Shown here one piece after another: positions 60,634-64,000 of a stretch of DNA of 64,000 nucleotides. A program made the translations under genes and the position numbers. A model generated the notes under the pieces. It searched no databases. It had not been told where the DNA came from and saw only the letters and a program-made list of their open reading frames with translations. How positions within the stretch are numbered: position 1 is the first letter of the stretch; each line of letters opens with the position of its first letter. This DNA is from Paracoccaceae bacterium (GTDB taxonomy: Bacteria; Pseudomonadota; Alphaproteobacteria; JAPKNN01): assembly GCA_040266715.1 (NCBI GenBank), contig JAPKNN010000004.1, forward strand, positions 2,191 through 66,190, read 5' to 3'.

Positions 60634-61290
60634 TTATGGATATAATATTTTCTTATTCCACATGCTACACCATACATTGCTTGCGTCACTTTGTTCACTA
60701 TCGTGAACTGCTCTTACAAACACCACTCTATTGTGTAACCTGTTTTCATGGGCAATCCAAAATTCGATTTCTTGGGGCATCAGACTATAGCCGCCCCAAT
60801 GGGGTGGACGTTCTATAACAGTGTTCGCAAAACGCTCTTTACATGCATTGAACCGCTTTACAAAAGTGTTTTTATTATCCATAAGTGTTGATTGTAATGA
60901 GCTCCAAGCGCCCAATTGATTATCTCGCGGTCGTGTCGCAAAATACGCATCTGACACACGCGATGATGTCTGCTGTACATAGCCCTTAATACGAATCTGT
61001 CTATGCAATGACTTCCAATAAAACCCTAAACTTGCATAGGGATTATGAAACATATCATCTGCTTTTTGGCTATGATAGTTCGTGAAAAAAATAAATCCAT
61101 CCTCATTTTTGTCTTTCAGAAGCACTATACGCACATCTGGTATTCCATTTGCTGATACTGTTGCAAGGCTCATGGCATTCGCATCATTCACTTCATGTCT
61201 TTGCGCTAACGCGAACCATTGATCAAATAAAGTTGACGGATCTGATTGTGTATACAAGGTATCTATATCTTGTTGCGTGTTTTTATGCAT
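60634..61290 (-). CDS. pdxH: Pyridoxamine 5'-phosphate oxidase
   Basis: RIVLLK, FFTNY.S.K, RQIRI.G, GAWSS.QS, RPPHWGG, EFW....RLH.R. Confidence 0.95.
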   Translation of the reverse strand: MHKNTQQDIDTLYTQSDPSTLFDQWFALAQRHEVNDANAMSLATVSANGIPDVRIVLLKDKNEDGFIFFTNYHSQKADDMFHNPYASLGFYWKSLHRQIRIKGYVQQTSSRVSDAYFATRPRDNQLGAWSSLQSTLMDNKNTFVKRFNACKERFANTVIERPPHWGGYSLMPQEIEFWIAHENRLHNRVVFVRAVHDSEQSDASNVWCSMWNKKILYP

Positions 61291-61387
61291 TGAATTTTGT
61301 ATGTTATATGTTTGTAAGTAGGTAGACCTTTAAAGTGCCATTATACACAATTTTCCTCTATAACAAAATAGTTATTGATGGACCGCG

Positions 61388-61416
61388 TTGACAAGCTTAT
61401 TTTTCTTGTATATAAG
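61388..61416 (+). promoter_or_regulatory. Sigma70-type promoter for fabI-aroC-pyrD
   Basis: TTGACA-N17-TATAAG, 47 nt before the fabI ATG. Confidence 0.6.
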
Positions 61417-61463
61417 ACATAGATTGATATATTCATAATACATTATTCAAGAATACCTTACAC

Positions 61464-62291
61464 ATGGTTGCACATAACACTTTACTTGAGGGGAAAAAGG
61501 GGCTAATTTTAGGATTAGCCAATAATCGGTCTTTGGCTTGGGGTATTACTCAGTCTTGCTTAAACGCTGGCGCAAAGTTGGCCTTCACCTATCAAAATGA
61601 TATTTTGCATAAACGCATAGAACCCTTATTGAAACCGTATAATGTAGACATTTTACAGCAATGTGATGTTAATAACGAGGCCGATTTAGAAGCTCTTTTT
61701 GGAAAAATTGAAGAAGAGTGGGGCGAATTGGATTTTGTTGTCCATTCAGTTGCTTTCTCAGATAAAAACGAGCTCACTGGTCGCTATATAGATACAAGTG
61801 CAGACAATTTTGTGAATACGATGCTTGTTTCATGCTATTCTTTTACAGCTATAGCACGTAAAGCTGAACGATTAATGCCGCGTGGCGGTGCTTTATTGAC
61901 ACTGACTTATGAAGGTGCCAATCGCGTCATGCCTCATTACAATGTGATGGGAATAGCTAAGGCCGCTTTAGAAGCTAGCGTGATTTACCTTGCTGAGGAT
62001 ATGGGGAAAAACAATATCCGTGTTAATGCTATTTCTGCAGGACCTATTAAAACTTTAGCAGCGTCTGGTATTGGTGATTTTCGCTATATTTTGCGTTGGA
62101 ACGAATATAATTCACCATTACGACGCCTTGTTACCATAGAGGATGTCGGTAATACGGCTCTTTATTTATTGAGTGACATGTCTCGCTCTGTTACTGGTGA
62201 TATTATACATGTTGATGCGGGGTATCATGTTGTTGGTATGAAGGCTATTGATGCACCTGATTTAACTTTACCACCTAAAGTGGATGAGTAA
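61464..62291 (+). CDS. fabI: Enoyl-ACP reductase FabI
   Basis: [38 protein letters not shown]. Confidence 0.96.
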   Translation: MVAHNTLLEGKKGLILGLANNRSLAWGITQSCLNAGAKLAFTYQNDILHKRIEPLLKPYNVDILQQCDVNNEADLEALFGKIEEEWGELDFVVHSVAFSDKNELTGRYIDTSADNFVNTMLVSCYSFTAIARKAERLMPRGGALLTLTYEGANRVMPHYNVMGIAKAALEASVIYLAEDMGKNNIRVNAISAGPIKTLAASGIGDFRYILRWNEYNSPLRRLVTIEDVGNTALYLLSDMSRSVTGDIIHVDAGYHVVGMKAIDAPDLTLPPKVDE

Positions 62292-62317
62292 TATATAAAG
62301 TAAATTGTACGTTTTTT

Positions 62318-63448
62318 ATGTCATGGAATAGTTTTGGCCATTGCTTTCGTGTTACAACGTGGGGAGAATCACATGGCCCTGCAATCGGTTGTGTTATTGA
62401 TGGATGCCCGCCTGGCATTGCTTTGACTAGGCAAGATATACAAGATAAGCTCGATAAACGCCGTCCTGGACAGAGCCGCTTTACAACCCAACGCAAAGAA
62501 CCCGATCATGTTGAAATTATGTCTGGTGTTATGGAAAGCGAAAACAGTGATGATAACACGCTTATCACAACAGGCACACCGATCGCTCTTATCATATACA
62601 ATCAAGATGCGCGCTCCAAAGATTATACCGATATAAAAAATTATTTTCGTCCTGGTCACGCCGATTATAGCTATTTTCGTAAATATGGTATTAGAGATTA
62701 TCGTGGAGGTGGACGCTCTTCTGCGCGGGAAACAGCTATGCGTGTTGCCGCAGGAGCTGTCGCTCAAAAAGTCTTACACCATTATCTAGATGACGTATAT
62801 ATTAAGGGTGCTCTCGTCCAATTAGGCGAACATGGAATTAATAATAATCAATGGGATTGGCAGGAAATTGATCGCAATCCATTCTTTTGCCCCGACGCTA
62901 GCGTTATAGCTGATTGGGAGGCATATTTAGATGATTTAAGAAAAAAACAAAATTCGTGCGGTGCTCTTATAGAGGTCCTTGCATGTAATATCCCTGCGGG
63001 ATTCGGATCTCCTGTTTATGCTAAATTAGACTCTGAATTGGCCAAAGCTATGATGAGTATTAATGCCGTAAAATCTGTTGAAATCGGTGAAGGTGCAGGA
63101 GTGGCACATCTTACGGGAACAGAAAATGCCGATACTATGGAGGCACGAGATAATAAAAATATTCATTTTAATAGTAACAATGCTGGTGGTATCTTAGGTG
63201 GGATATCTTCGGGACAAAATATTGTTGTACGTTTTGCTGTTAAGCCCACTTCATCAATTAATACACGGCAACAGAGTATTAATATACATGCCGAAAACAT
63301 TACAATCGCTACGCAAGGTCGTCATGATCCGTGCGTAGGGATCCGGGCCGTGCCAATTGGAGAGGCCATGATGGCTCTTGTTTTGGTTGATCAGCTTCTC
63401 ATGCAACGTGCACAAACAGGTCGTATACTTCCCTACGATTTATTGTAA
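62318..63448 (+). CDS. aroC: Chorismate synthase
   Basis: [39 protein letters not shown]. Confidence 0.97.
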   Translation: MSWNSFGHCFRVTTWGESHGPAIGCVIDGCPPGIALTRQDIQDKLDKRRPGQSRFTTQRKEPDHVEIMSGVMESENSDDNTLITTGTPIALIIYNQDARSKDYTDIKNYFRPGHADYSYFRKYGIRDYRGGGRSSARETAMRVAAGAVAQKVLHHYLDDVYIKGALVQLGEHGINNNQWDWQEIDRNPFFCPDASVIADWEAYLDDLRKKQNSCGALIEVLACNIPAGFGSPVYAKLDSELAKAMMSINAVKSVEIGEGAGVAHLTGTENADTMEARDNKNIHFNSNNAGGILGGISSGQNIVVRFAVKPTSSINTRQQSINIHAENITIATQGRHDPCVGIRAVPIGEAMMALVLVDQLLMQRAQTGRILPYDLL

Positions 63449-63462
63449 GTGGATATGACAAC

Positions 63463-64000
63463 ATGCTAAACAATATATTTCAATTAGCACCACAATTTTT
63501 ACATAAACTTGACCCTGAAAAAGCACATGATATTGCTATTTCAGGGCTTTCACTTCTACCAAAAATGTCCACAAATGCGTGGAAATGTGATAGTTTGAAA
63601 ATACAATTTTGCAATATGCATTTTAATCATCCTATCGGATTAGCCGCAGGGTTTGACAAAAATGCTCAAGCTTGTGCAGGATTACTTAATTTAGGTTTTA
63701 GTTTTATAGAGACAGGAACCGTAACGCCTATTGCTCAAGCTGGTAATGCAAAACCTCGTATTTTTCGCCTTCCGCAAAACAAAGCCCTTATTAATCGTCT
63801 TGGTTTTAATAATGATGGTATGCAGAGTATTAAGATGCGACTCAAAGACACTTACACTACTTACTTACCCGATAGCGGTATTGTGGGTGTTAATATTGGT
63901 GCAAATAAAGATACTTCAAATAAAGTTGAGGATTATATCATAGGATTAAAAACTCTCATGCCTCATGCGCATTATTGTACGGCGAATATCTCTTCTCCTA
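63463..64000 (+). CDS. pyrD: Quinone-dependent dihydroorotate dehydrogenase (truncated by the window end)
   Basis: Manual translation: MLNNIFQLAPQFLHKLDPEKAH...GLAAGFDKNA...GTVTP..Q.GN.KPRIFRL....LINRLGFNNDG. Confidence 0.92.
   Translation, partial: MLNNIFQLAPQFLHKLDPEKAHDIAISGLSLLPKMSTNAWKCDSLKIQFCNMHFNHPIGLAAGFDKNAQACAGLLNLGFSFIETGTVTPIAQAGNAKPRIFRLPQNKALINRLGFNNDGMQSIKMRLKDTYTTYLPDSGIVGVNIGANKDTSNKVEDYIIGLKTLMPHAHYCTANISSP

Noticed and set aside
63731-63943. 70-aa ORF in the track
   Set aside because: Out-of-frame shadow of pyrD, which starts at 63463

Overview
This is an AT-rich alphaproteobacterial chromosomal window, with gene content and synteny most like Hyphomicrobiales/Rhodobacterales. 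I saw no phage, IS, CRISPR, rRNA or tRNA. In order it holds: addB (partial)-murU-tsaE/amgK-divL; two divergent TadE-like pseudopilins; tim44; gcrA; ghrA; metF-like-MFS-betA; a nadQ-like regulator, CX5R phosphatase, HD hydrolase, tag and ygfZ, divergent from pyrC; dnaN-recF-gyrB; a CbiX-type cobalamin cluster preceded by GT4 and EpsG genes; bmt; soxBDAG; a 1335-aa RTX-like surface protein; mmsA; hisSZG; recR-ybaB-dnaX; SRP RNA; an MBL hydrolase, a FixR-like SDR and pdxH; fabI-aroC-pyrD (partial). The best leads are: (1) a roughly 280-nt structured leader with alternative pairings and a near-consensus promoter ahead of cbiX, lacking the canonical B12-riboswitch motifs; (2) a large acidic protein with an internal lipobox-like motif, N-terminal RTX repeats and three unrecognised ~170-aa repeats; (3) an SRP RNA whose conserved apical helix has become all A-U; (4) a degenerate TsaE domain and a DivL with no kinase motifs left; (5) a 15-aa hydrophobic uORF whose RBS can be sequestered. 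All calls come from reading the sequence by eye; no searches or folding programs were run.
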